From: Eledone cirrhosa
Lineage: Eukaryota
Direction of reading: 5' to 3'
Assembly (NCBI GenBank): GCA_964016885.1
Contig: OZ024744.1
Coordinates: forward strand, 118,482,001 to 118,546,000
DNA: 64,000 nt
The position numbers were made by a program, and so were the translations under genes. This document shows positions 52,701 to 64,000 of the stretch, piece by piece (the first letter of the stretch is position 1; every line of letters starts with the position of its first letter). The notes under the pieces are model-generated. The model saw only the letters and a program-made list of their open reading frames with translations, was not told where the DNA came from and ran no database searches.

Positions 52701-55700
52701 GCAGTGTCTCGACAGCTAACAACTGATGCAGGTATTTTGTTCCATGGAGGTTTTAAAGAGTGCAGCGTCTCGACAGCTAATAACTGATGTAGGTAGTTTG
52801 TTCCATGGAGGTTTTAAAGGATGCAGTGTCTCGACATTTAACAACTGATGGAGGTAGTCTGTTCCATGGAGCTTTTAAAGGATGCAGTGTCTCGACAGCT
52901 AATAACTGATGCAGGTAGTTTGTTCCATGGAGGTTTTAAAGGATGCAGTGTCTCGACAGCTAATAACTGATGCTGGTAGTATGTTCCATGGGGGTTTTAA
53001 AGGATGCAGTGTCTCGACAGCTAACAACTGATGCAGGTAGTTTCTTCCATGGAGGTTTTAAAGATGCAGTGTCTCGACAGCTAATAATTGATGCAGGGTA
53101 TTTGTTCCATGGAGCTTTTAAAGGATGCAGTCTCTTGACAGCTAACAACTGATGCAGGTAGTTTGTTCCATGGAGGTTTTAAAGGATGCAGTGTCACAAC
53201 AGCTTATAACTGATGCAGGTAGTTTGTTCTATGGAGGTTTTAAAGGATGCAGTGTCTCGACAGCTAATAACTGATGCTGGTAATTTGTTCCATGGAGGTT
53301 TTAAAGGATGCAGTATCTCGACAGCTAATAACTGATGATGGTAGTTTGTTCCATGGAGGTTTTATAGGATGCAGTGTCTCGACAGCTAACAACTGATGCA
53401 GGTAGTTTGGTCCATGGAGGTTTTAAAGGATGCAGTGTCTCGACAGCTAATAACTGATGCAGGTATTTTGTTCCATTGAGGTTTTAAAGGATGCAGTCTC
53501 TCGACAGCTAATAACTGATGCAGCTAGTTTGTTCCATGGAGGTTTTAAAGGATGCAATGTCTTGACAGCTAATAAATGATGCTGGTAGTTTGTTCCATGG
53601 AGGTTTTAAAGGATGCAGTGTCTCGACAGCTAATAACTGATGCAGGTAGTTTGTTCCATGGAGCTTTTAAAGGATGCAGTGTCTCAACAGCTAACAACTG
53701 ATGCAGGTAGTTTGTTCCATGGAGGTTTTAAAGGATGCAGTGTCTCAATAACTAACAACTGATGCAGCGAGTTTGGTCCATGGAAGTTTTAAAGGATGCA
53801 GTGTCTCGACAGCTAATAACTGATGCAGGTATTTTGTTCCATGGAGGTTTTAAAGGATGCAGTGTCTCGACTGCTAATAACTGATGCAGGTAGATTGTTG
53901 TATGCAGGTTTTAAAGGATGCAGTGTTTCGACAGTTAACAACTGATGCAGGTAGTCTGTTCCATGGAGCTTTTAAAGGATGCAGTCTCTTGACAGCTAAC
54001 AACTGATGCAGGGAGTTTGTTCCATGGAGCATTTAAAGGATGCAGTGTCTCGACAGCTAACAACTGATGCAGGTAGTCTGTTCCATGGAGGTTTTAAAGG
54101 ATGCAGTGTCTCGACAGCTAATAACTTATGCAGGTAGTTTCTTCCATGGAGGTTTTAAAGGTTGCAGTGTCTCGACAGCTAATAAATGATGCTGGTAGTT
54201 TCCTCCATGGAGCTTTTAAAGGATGCAGTGTCTCGACAGCTAATAACTGATGCAGGTAGTTTGTTCCATGGAGATTTTAAAGTAGCAGTGTCTCGACAGC
54301 TAACAACTGATGCAGGTAGTCTGTTCCATGGAGGTTTTAAAGGATGCAGTGTCTCGACTGCTAATAAATGATGCTGGTAGTTTCTTCCATGGAGGTTTTA
54401 AAGGATGCAGTGTCTCGACAGCTAACAACTGATGCAGGTAGTTTGTTCCATGGAGGTTTTAAAGGATGCAGTGTCTCGACAGCTAACAACTGACGCAGCG
54501 ACTTTGTTCCATGGAGGTTTTAAAAAATGCAGTGTCTCGACAGCTAATAAATGATGCTAGTAGTTTGTTCCATGGAGGTTTTAAAGGATGCAGTGTCTCG
54601 ACAGCTAACAACTGATGCAGGTAGTTTGTTCCATGGAGGTTTTAAAGGGTGCAGCGTCTCGACAGCTAATAACTGATGTAGGTAGTTTGTTCCATGGAGG
54701 TTTTAAAGGATGCAGTGTCTCGACAGTTAACAACTGATGCAGGTAGTCTGTTCCATGGAGCTTTTAAAGGATGCAGTGTCTCGACAGCTAATAACTGATG
54801 CAGGTAGTTTGTTCCATGGAGGTTTTAAAGGATGCAGTGTCTCGACAGCTAATAACTGATGCTGGTAGTTTGTTCCATGGGGGTTTTAAAGGATGCAGTG
54901 TCTCGACAGCTAACAATTGATGCAGGTAGTTTCTTCCATGGAGGTTTTAAAGATGCAGTGTCTCGACAGCTAATAATTGATGCAGGGTATTTGTTCCATG
55001 GAGCTTTTAAAGGATGCAGTCTCTTGACAGCTAACAACTGATGCAGGTAGTTTGTTCCATGGAGGTTTTAAAGGATGCAGTGTCACAACAGCTTATAACT
55101 GATGCAGGTAGTTTGTTCTATGGAGGTTTTAAAGGATGCAGTGTCTCGACAGCTAATAACTGATGCTGGTAGTTTGTTTCATGGAGGTTTTAAAGGATGC
55201 AGTGTCTCGACAGCTAACAACTGATGCAGGTAGTTTGGTCCATGGAGGTTTTAAAGGATGCAGTGTCTCGACAGCTAACAACTGATGCAGGTAGTTTGTT
55301 CCATGGAGGTTTTAAAGGATGCAGTGTCACAACAGCTTATAACTGATGCAGGTAGTTTGTTCTATGGAGGTTTTAAAGGATGCAGTCTCTCGACAGCTAA
55401 TAACTGATGCAGCTAGTTTGTTCCATGGAGGTTTTAAAGGATGCAGTGTCTTGACAGCTAATAAATGATGCTGGTAGTTTGTTCCATGGAGGTTTTAAAG
55501 GATGCAGTGTCTCGACAGCTAATAACTGATGCAGGTAGTTTGTTCCATGGAGCTTTTAAAGGATGCAGTGTCTCAATAACTAACAACTGATGCAGGTAGT
55601 TTGTTCCATGGAGGTTTTAAAGGATGCAGTGTCTCAATAACTAACAACTGATGCAGCGAGTTTGGTCCATGGAAGTTTTAAAGGATGCAGTGTCTCGACA

Positions 55701-58700
55701 GCTAATAACTGATGCAGGTATTTTGTTCCATGGAGGTTTTAAAGGATGCAGTTTCTCGACAGCTAATAACTGATTCAGGTAGTTTGTTCCATGGAGCTTT
55801 TAAAGGATGCAGTGTCTCAATAACTAATAACTGATGCAGGTAGATTGTTGTATGCAGGTTTTAAAGGATGCAGTGTCTTGACAGCTAATAAATGATGCTG
55901 GTAGTTTGTTCCATGGAGGTTTTAAAGGATGCAGTGTCTCGACAGCTAACAACTGATGCAGGTAGTCTGTTCCATGGAGCTTTTAAAAGATGCAGTGTCT
56001 TGACAGCTAACAACTGATGCAGGTAGTTTGTTCCATGGAGGTTTTAAAGGATGCAGTGTCTCGACAGCTAACAATTGATGCAGGTAGTTTGTTCCATGCA
56101 GGTTTTAAAGGATAAAGTGTCTCGACAGCTAATGACTGATGCAGGTAGTTTGTTCCATGGAGGTTTTAAAGGATGTAGTATCTCGATAGCTAACAACTGA
56201 TGCAGCGAGTTTGTTCCATGGAGGTGTTAAAAAATGCAGTGTCTCGACAGCTCATAAATGATGCTGGTAGTTTGTTCCATGGAGGTTTTAAAGGATGCAG
56301 GGTCTCGACAGCTAACAACTGATGCAGGTAGTTTGTTCCATGGAGGTTTTAAAGGATGCAGTGTCACAACAGCTTATAACTGATGCAGCGTGTTTGTTCC
56401 ATGGAGGTTTTAAAGGATGCAGTGTCTTGACAGCTAATAAATGATGCTGGTAGTTTGTTCCATGGAGGTTTTAAAGGATGCAGTGTCTCGACAGCTAATA
56501 ACTGATGCAGGTAGTTTGTTCCATGGAGCTTTTAAGGATGCAGTGTCTCAATAACTAACAACTGATGCAGCGAGTTTGGTCCATGGAAGTTTTAAAGGAT
56601 GCAGTGTCTCGACAGCTAATAACTGATGCAGGTATTTTGTTCCATGGAGGTTTTAAAGGATGCAGTGTCTCGACTGCTAATAACTGATGCAGGTAGATTG
56701 TTGTATGCAGGTTTTAAAGGATGCAGTGTTTCGACAGTTAACAACTGATGCAGGTAGTCTGTTCCATGGAGCTTTTAAAGGATGCAGTCTCTTGACAGCT
56801 AACAACTGATGCAGGGAGTTTGTTCCATGGAGCATTTAAAGGATGCAGTGTCTCGACAGCTAACAACTGATGCAGGTAGTCTGTTCCATGGAGGTTTTAA
56901 AGGATGCAGTGTCTCGACAGCTAATAACTTATGCAGGTAGTTTCTTCCATGGAGGTTTTAAAGGTTGCAGTGTCTCGACAGCTAATAAATGATGCTGGTA
57001 GTTTCCTCCATGGAGCTTTTAAAGGATGCAGTGTCTCGACAGCTAATAACTGATGCAGGTAGTTTGTTCCATGGAGATTTTAAAGTAGCAGTGTCTCGAC
57101 AGCTAACAACTGATGCAGGTAGTCTGTTCCATGGAGGTTTTAAAGGATGCAGTGTCTCGACTGCTAATAAATGATGCTGGTAGTTTCTTCCATGGAGGTT
57201 TTAAAGGATGCAGTGTCTCGACAGCTAACAACTGATGCAGGTAGTTTGTTCCATGGAGGTTTTAAAGGATGCAGTGTCTCGACAGCTAACAACTGACGCA
57301 GCGACTTTGTTCCATGGAGGTTTTAAAAAATGCAGTGTCTCGACAGCTAATAAATGATGCTAGTAGTTTGTTCCATGGAGGTTTTAAAGGATGCAGTGTC
57401 TCGACAGCTAACAACTGATGCAGGTAGTTTGTTCCATGGAGGTTTTAAAGGGTGCAGCGTCTCGACAGCTAATAACTGATGTAGGTAGTTTGTTCCATGG
57501 AGGTTTTAAAGGATGCAGTGTCTCGACAGTTAACAACTGATGCAGGTAGTCTGTTCCATGGAGCTTTTAAAGGATGCAGTGTCTCGACAGCTAATAACTG
57601 ATGCAGGTAGTTTGTTCCATGGAGGTTTTAAAGGATGCAGTGTCTCGACAGCTAATAACTGATGCTGGTAGTTTGTTCCATGGGGGTTTTAAAGGATGCA
57701 GTGTCTCGACAGCTAACAATTGATGCAGGTAGTTTCTTCCATGGAGGTTTTAAAGATGCAGTGTCTCGACAGCTAATAATTGATGCAGGGTATTTGTTCC
57801 ATGGAGCTTTTAAAGGATGCAGTCTCTTGACAGCTAACAACTGATGCAGGTAGTTTGTTCCATGGAGGTTTTAAAGGATGCAGTGTCACAACAGCTTATA
57901 ACTGATGCAGGTAGTTTGTTCTATGGAGGTTTTAAAGGATGCAGTGTCTCGACAGCTAATAACTGATGCTGGTAGTTTGTTTCATGGAGGTTTTAAAGGA
58001 TGCAGTGTCTCGACAGCTAACAACTGATGCAGGTAGTTTGGTCCATGGAGGTTTTAAAGGATGCAGTGTCTCGACAGCTAACAACTGATGCAGGTAGTTT
58101 GTTCCATGGAGGTTTTAAAGGATGCAGTGTCACAACAGCTTATAACTGATGCAGGTAGTTTGTTCTATGGAGGTTTTAAAGGATGCAGTCTCTCGACAGC
58201 TAATAACTGATGCAGCTAGTTTGTTCCATGGAGGTTTTAAAGGATGCAGTGTCTTGACAGCTAATAAATGATGCTGGTAATTTGTTCCATGGAGGTTTTA
58301 AAGGATGCAGTGTCTCGACAGCTAATAACTGATGCAGGTAGTTTGTTCCATGGAGCTTTTAAAGGATGCAGTGTCTCAATAACTAACAACTGATGCAGGT
58401 AGTTTGTTCCATGGAGGTTTTAAAGGATGCAGTGTCTCAATAACTAACAACTGATGCAGCGAGTTTGGTCCATGGAAGTTTTAAAGGATGCAGTGTCTCG
58501 ACAGCTAATAACTGATGCAGGTATTTTGTTCCATGGAGGTTTTAAAGGATGCAGTTTCTCGACAGCTAATAACTGATTCAGGTAGTTTGTTCCATGGAGC
58601 TTTTAAAGGATGCAGTGTCTCAATAACTAATAACTGATGCAGGTAGATTGTTGTATGCAGGTTTTAAAGGATGCAGTGTCTTGACAGCTAATAAATGATG

Positions 58701-61700
58701 CTGGTAGTTTGTTCCATGGAGGTTTTAAAGGATGCAGTGTCTCGACAGCTAACAACTGATGCAGGTAGTCTGTTCCATGGAGCTTTTAAAAGATGCAGTG
58801 TCTTGACAGCTAACAACTGATGCAGGTAGTTTGTTCCATGGAGGTTTTAAAGGATGCAGTGTCTCGACAGCTAACAATTGATGCAGGTAGTTTGTTCCAT
58901 GCAGGTTTTAAAGGATAAAGTGTCTCGACAGCTAATGACTGATGCAGGTAGTTTGTTCCATGGAGGTTTTAAAGGATGTAGTATCTCGATAGCTAACAAC
59001 TGATGCAGCGAGTTTGTTCCATGGAGGTGTTAAAAAATGCAGTGTCTCGACAGCTCATAAATGATGCAGGTAGTTTGTTCCATGGAGGTTTTAAAGGATG
59101 CAGGGTCTCGACAGCTAACAACTGATGCAGGTAGTTTGTTCCATGGAGGTTTTAAAGGATGCAGTGTCACAACAGCTTATAACTGATGCAGCGTGTTTGT
59201 TCCATGGAGGTTTTAAAGGATGCAGTGTCTTGACAGCTAATAAATGATGCTGGTAGTTTGTTCCATGGAGGTTTTAAAGGATGCAGTGTCTCGACAGCTA
59301 ATAACTGATGCAGGTAGTTTGTTCCATGGAGCTTTTAAGGATGCAGTGTCTCAACAGCTAACAACTGATGCAGGTAGTTTGTTCCATGGAGGTTTTAAAG
59401 GATGCAGTGTCTCAATAACTAACAACTGATGCAGCGAGTTTGGCCCATGGAAGTTTTAAAGGATGCAGTGTCTCGACAGCTAATAACTGATGCAGGTATT
59501 TTGTTCCATGGAGGTTTTAAAGGATGCAGTGTCTCGACTGCTAATAACTGATGCAGGTAGATTGTTGTATGCAGGTTTTAAAGGATGCAGTGTTTCGACA
59601 GTTAACAACTGATGCAGGTAGTCTGTTCCATGGAGCTTTTAAAGGATGCAGTCTCTTGACAGCTAACAACTGATGCAGGGAGTTTGTTCCATGGAGCATT
59701 TAAAGGATGCAGTGTCTCGACAGCTAACAACTGATGCAGGTAGTTTGTTCCATGGAGGTTTTAAAGGATGCAGTGTCTCAATAACTAACAACTGATGCAG
59801 CGAGTTTGGTCCATGGAAGTTTTAAAGGATGCAGTGTCTCGACAGCTAATAACTGATGCAGGTAGATTGTTGTATGCAGGTTTTAAAGGATGCAGTGTTT
59901 CGACAGTTAACAACTGATGCAGGTAGTCTGTTCCATGGAGCTTTTAAAGGATGCAGTCTCTTGACAGCTAACAACTGATGCAGGGAGTTTGTTCCATGGA
60001 GCATTTAAAGGATGCAGTGTCTCGACAGCTAACAACTGATGCAGGTAGTCTGTTCCATGGAGGTTTTAAAGGATGCAGTGTCTCGACAGCTAATAACTTA
60101 TGCAGGTAGTTTCTTCCATGGAGGTTTTAAAGGATGCAGTGTCTCGACAGCTAATAAATGATGCTGGTAGTTTCCTCCATGGAGCTTTTAAAGGATGCAG
60201 TGTCTCGACAGCTAATAACTGATGCAGGTAGTTTGTTCCATGGAGATTTTAAAGTAGCAGTGTCTCGACAGCTAACAACTGATGCAGGTAGTCTGTTCCA
60301 TGGAGGTTTTAAAGGATGCAGTGTCTCGACTGCTAATAAATGATGCTGGTAGTTTCTTCCATGGAGGTTTTAAAGGATGCAGTGTCTCGACAGCTAACAA
60401 CTGATGCAGGTAGTTTGTTCCATGGAGGTTTTAAAGGATGCAGTGTCTCGACAGCTAACAACTGACGCAGCGACTTTGTTCCATGGAGGTTTTAAAAAAT
60501 GCAGTGTCTCGACAGCTAATAAATGATGCTAGTAGTTTGTTCCATGGAGGTTTTAAAGGATGCAGTGTCTCGACAGCTAACAACTGATGCAGGTAGTTTG
60601 TTCCATGGAGGTTTTAAAGGGTGCAGCGTCTCGACAGCTAATAACTGATGTAGGTAGTTTGTTCCATGGAGGTTTTAAAGGATGCAGTGTCTCGACAGTT
60701 AACAACTGATGCAGGTAGTCTGTTCCATGGAGCTTTTAAAGGATGCAGTGTCTCGACAGCTAATAACTGATGCAGGTAGTTTGTTCCATGGAGGTTTTAA
60801 AGGATGCAGTGTCTCGACAGCTAATAACTGATGCTGGTAGTTTGTTCCATGGGGGTTTTAAAGGATGCAGTGTCTCGACAGCTAACAATTGATGCAGGTA
60901 GTTTCTTCCATGGAGGTTTTAAAGATGCAGTGTCTCGACAGCTAATAATTGATGCAGGGTATTTGTTCCATGGAGCTTTTAAAGGATGCAGTCTCTTGAC
61001 AGCTAACAACTGATGCAGGTAGTTTGTTCCATGGAGGTTTTAAAGGATGCAGTGTCACAACAGCTTATAACTGATGCAGGTAGTTTGTTCTATGGAGGTT
61101 TTAAAGGATGCAGTGTCTCGACAGCTAATAACTGATGCTGGTAGTTTGTTTCATGGAGGTTTTAAAGGATGCAGTGTCTCGACAGCTAACAACTGATGCA
61201 GGTAGTTTGGTCCATGGAGGTTTTAAAGGATGCAGTGTCTCGACAGCTAACAATTGATGCAGGTAGTTTGTTCCATGCAGGTTTTAAAGGATAAAGTGTC
61301 TCGACAGCTAATGACTGATGCAGGTAGTTTGTTCCATGGAGGTTTTAAAGGATGTAGTATCTCGATAGCTAACAACTGATGCAGCGAGTTTGTTCCATGG
61401 AGGTGTTAAAAAATGCAGTGTCTCGACAGCTCATAAATGATGCAGGTAGTTTGTTCCATGGAGGTTTTAAAGGATGCAGGGTCTCGACAGCTAACAACTG
61501 ATGCAGGTAGTTTGTTCCATGGAGGTTTTAAAGGATGCAGTGTCACAACAGCTTATAACTGATGCAGCGTGTTTGTTCCATGGAGGTTTTAAAGGATGCA
61601 GTGTCTCGACAGTTAACAACTGATGCAGGTAGTCTGTTCCATGGAGCTTTTAAAGGATGCAGTGTCTCGACAGCTAATAACTGATGCAGCTAGTTTGTTC

Positions 61701-64000
61701 CATGGAGGTTTTAAAGGATGCAGTGACTTGACAGCTAATAAATGATGCTGGTAGTTTGTTCCATGGAGGTTTTAAAGGATGCAGTGTCTCGACAGCTAAT
61801 AACTGATGCAGGTAGTTTGTTCCATGGAGCTTTTAAAGGATGCAGTGTCTCAACAGCTAACAACTGATGCAGGTAGTTTGTTCCATGGAGGTTTTAAAGG
61901 ATGCAGTGTCTCAATAACTAACAACTGATGCAGCGAGTTTGGTCCATGGAAGTTTTAAAGGATGCAGTGTCTCGACAGCTAATAACTGATGCAGGTATTT
62001 TGTTCCATGGAGGTTTTAAAGGATGCAGTGTCTCGACTGCTAATAACTGATGCAGGTAGATTGTTGTATGCAGGTTTTAAAGGATGCAGTGTTTCGACAG
62101 TTAACAACTGATGCAGGTAGTCTGTTCCATGGAGCTTTTAAAGGATGCAGTCTCTTGACAGCTAACAACTGATGCAGGGAGTTTGTTCCATGGAGCATTT
62201 AAAGGATGCAGTGTCTCGACAGCTAACAACTGATGCAGGTAGTCTGTTCCATGGAGGTTTTAAAGGATGCAGTGTCTCGACAGCTAATAACTTATGCAGG
62301 TAGTTTCTTCCATGGAGGTTTTAAAGGTTGCAGTGTCTCGACAGCTAATAAATGATGCTAGTAGTTTCCTCCATGGAGCTTTTAAAGGATGCAGTGTCTC
62401 GACAGCTAATAACTGATGCAGGTAGTTTGTTCCATGGAGATTTTAAAGTAGCAGTGTCTCGACAGCTAACAACTGATGCAGGTAGTCTGTTCCATGGAGG
62501 TTTTAAAGGATGCAGTGTCTCGACTGCTAATAAATGATGCTGGTAGTTTCTTCCATGGAGGTTTTAAAGGATGCAGTGTCTCGACAGCTAACAACTGATG
62601 CAGGTAGTTTGTTCCATGGAGGTTTTAAAGGATGCAGTGTCTCGACAGCTAACAACTGACGCAGCGACTTTGTTCCATGGAGGTTTTAAAAAATGCAGTG
62701 TCTCGACAGCTAATAAATGATGCTAGTAGTTTGTTCCATGGAGGTTTTAAAGGATGCAGTGTCTCGACAGCTAACAACTGATGCAGGTAGTTTGTTCCAT
62801 GGAGGTTTTAAAGGGTGCAGCGTCTCGACAGCTAATAACTGATGTAGGTAGTTTGTTCCATGGAGGTTTTAAAGGATGCAGTGTCTCGACAGTTAACAAC
62901 TGATGCAGGTAGTCTGTTCCATGGAGCTTTTAAAGGATGCAGTGTCTCGACAGCTAATAACTGATGCAGGTAGTTTGTTCCATGGAGGTTTTAAAGGATG
63001 CAGTGTCTCGACAGCTAATAACTGATGCTGGTAGTTTGTTCCATGGGGGTTTTAAAGGATGCAGTGTCTCGACAGCTAACAATTGATGCAGGTAGTTTCT
63101 TCCATGGAGGTTTTAAAGATGCAGTGTCTCGACAGCTAATAATTGATGCAGGGTATTTGTTCCATGGAGCTTTTAAAGGATGCAGTCTCTTGACAGCTAA
63201 CAACTGATGCAGGTAGTTTGTTCCATGGAGGTTTTAAAGGATGCAGTGTCACAACAGCTTATAACTGATGCAGGTAGTTTGTTCTATGGAGGTTTTAAAG
63301 GATGCAGTGTCTCGACAGCTAATAACTGATGCTGGTAGTTTGTTTCATGGAGGTTTTAAAGGATGCAGTGTCTCGACAGCTAACAACTGATGCAGGTAGT
63401 TTGGTCCATGGAGGTTTTAAAGGATGCAGTGTCTCGACAGCTAACAACTGATGCAGGTAGTTTGTTCCATGGAGGTTTTAAAGGATGCAGTGTCACAACA
63501 GCTTATAACTGATGCAGGTAGTTTGTTCTATGGAGGTTTTAAAGGATGCAGTCTCTCGACAGCTAATAACTGATGCAGCTAGTTTGTTCCATGGAGGTTT
63601 TAAAGGATGCAGTGTCTTGACAGCTAATAAATGATGCTGGTAGTTTGTTCCATGGAGGTTTTAAAGGATGCAGTGTCTCGACAGCTAATAACTGATGCAG
63701 GTAGTTTGTTCCATGGAGCTTTTAAAGGATGCAGTGTCTCAATAACTAACAACTGATGCAGGTAGTTTGTTCCATGGAGGTTTTAAAGGATGCAGTGTCT
63801 CAATAACTAACAACTGATGCAGCGAGTTTGGTCCATGGAAGTTTTAAAGGATGCAGTGTCTCGCCAGCTAATAACTGATGCAGGTATTTTGTTCCATGGA
63901 GGTTTTAAAGGATGCAGTTTCTCGACAGCTAATAACTGATTCAGGTAGTTTGTTCCATGGAGCTTTTAAAGGATGCAGTGTCTCAATAACTAATAACTGA
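13694..64000. repeat. 61-bp satellite DNA array (~825 head-to-tail monomers, continuing past the right edge) with higher-order repeats
   Basis: Consensus CATGGAGGTTTTAAAGGATGCAGTGTCTCGACAGCTAAYAACTGATGCAGGTAGTTTGTTC. Occasional 60-bp monomers. No insertion or inversion seen by eye. Confidence 0.99.

Noticed and set aside
16229-63207. Dozens of ~60-aa ORFs in the 61-bp array
   Set aside because: They appear only where a 60-bp monomer temporarily keeps a frame open. They are useful as HOR markers and show the LINE motif, but are not genes.
13694-64000. CRISPR-like array (period ~61 bp)
   Set aside because: No unique spacers: the whole unit repeats. No cas genes, and the context is eukaryotic.
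13694-64000. Hammerhead ribozyme satellite (CTGATG in every unit)
   Set aside because: The core needs CUGANGA plus GAAA with flanking stems. The consensus has CTGATGC and no suitably placed GAAA on either strand.

Overview
Eukaryotic, gene-free, repeat-dominated window. The SINE sequences suggest a cephalopod such as Octopus; this is inferred from recalled SINE motifs, not verified. It holds three tandem arrays: a 48-bp satellite (1-5414), a ~24-bp AT-rich minisatellite (6720-13148) and a >50-kb 61-bp satellite (13694 to the window end, ~825 monomers). Between and inside them lie retroelement relics: two RTE-LINE ORF2 fragments, a composite tRNA-SINE, a 5'-truncated L1/Tx1-type LINE with a 14-bp TSD, and two near-identical CORE-type SINEs. 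No ORF in the supplied track looks like a real gene. The main observation is that both large satellites appear to come from retroelements. The 61-bp monomer reads on the minus strand as WNKLPASVVSCRDTASFKTSM, the CR1/L2-type ORF2 C-terminal motif. At the array edge this frame runs on into unique sequence (LPEICQHYT*), so the array appears to have grown out of a LINE 3' end. The 48-bp monomer matches (~39/48 by eye) an internal segment of the SINE 1 kb away. The 61-bp array also has a homogeneous edge, nested higher-order repeats and a CpG-deamination signature. All alignments and counts were done by eye.
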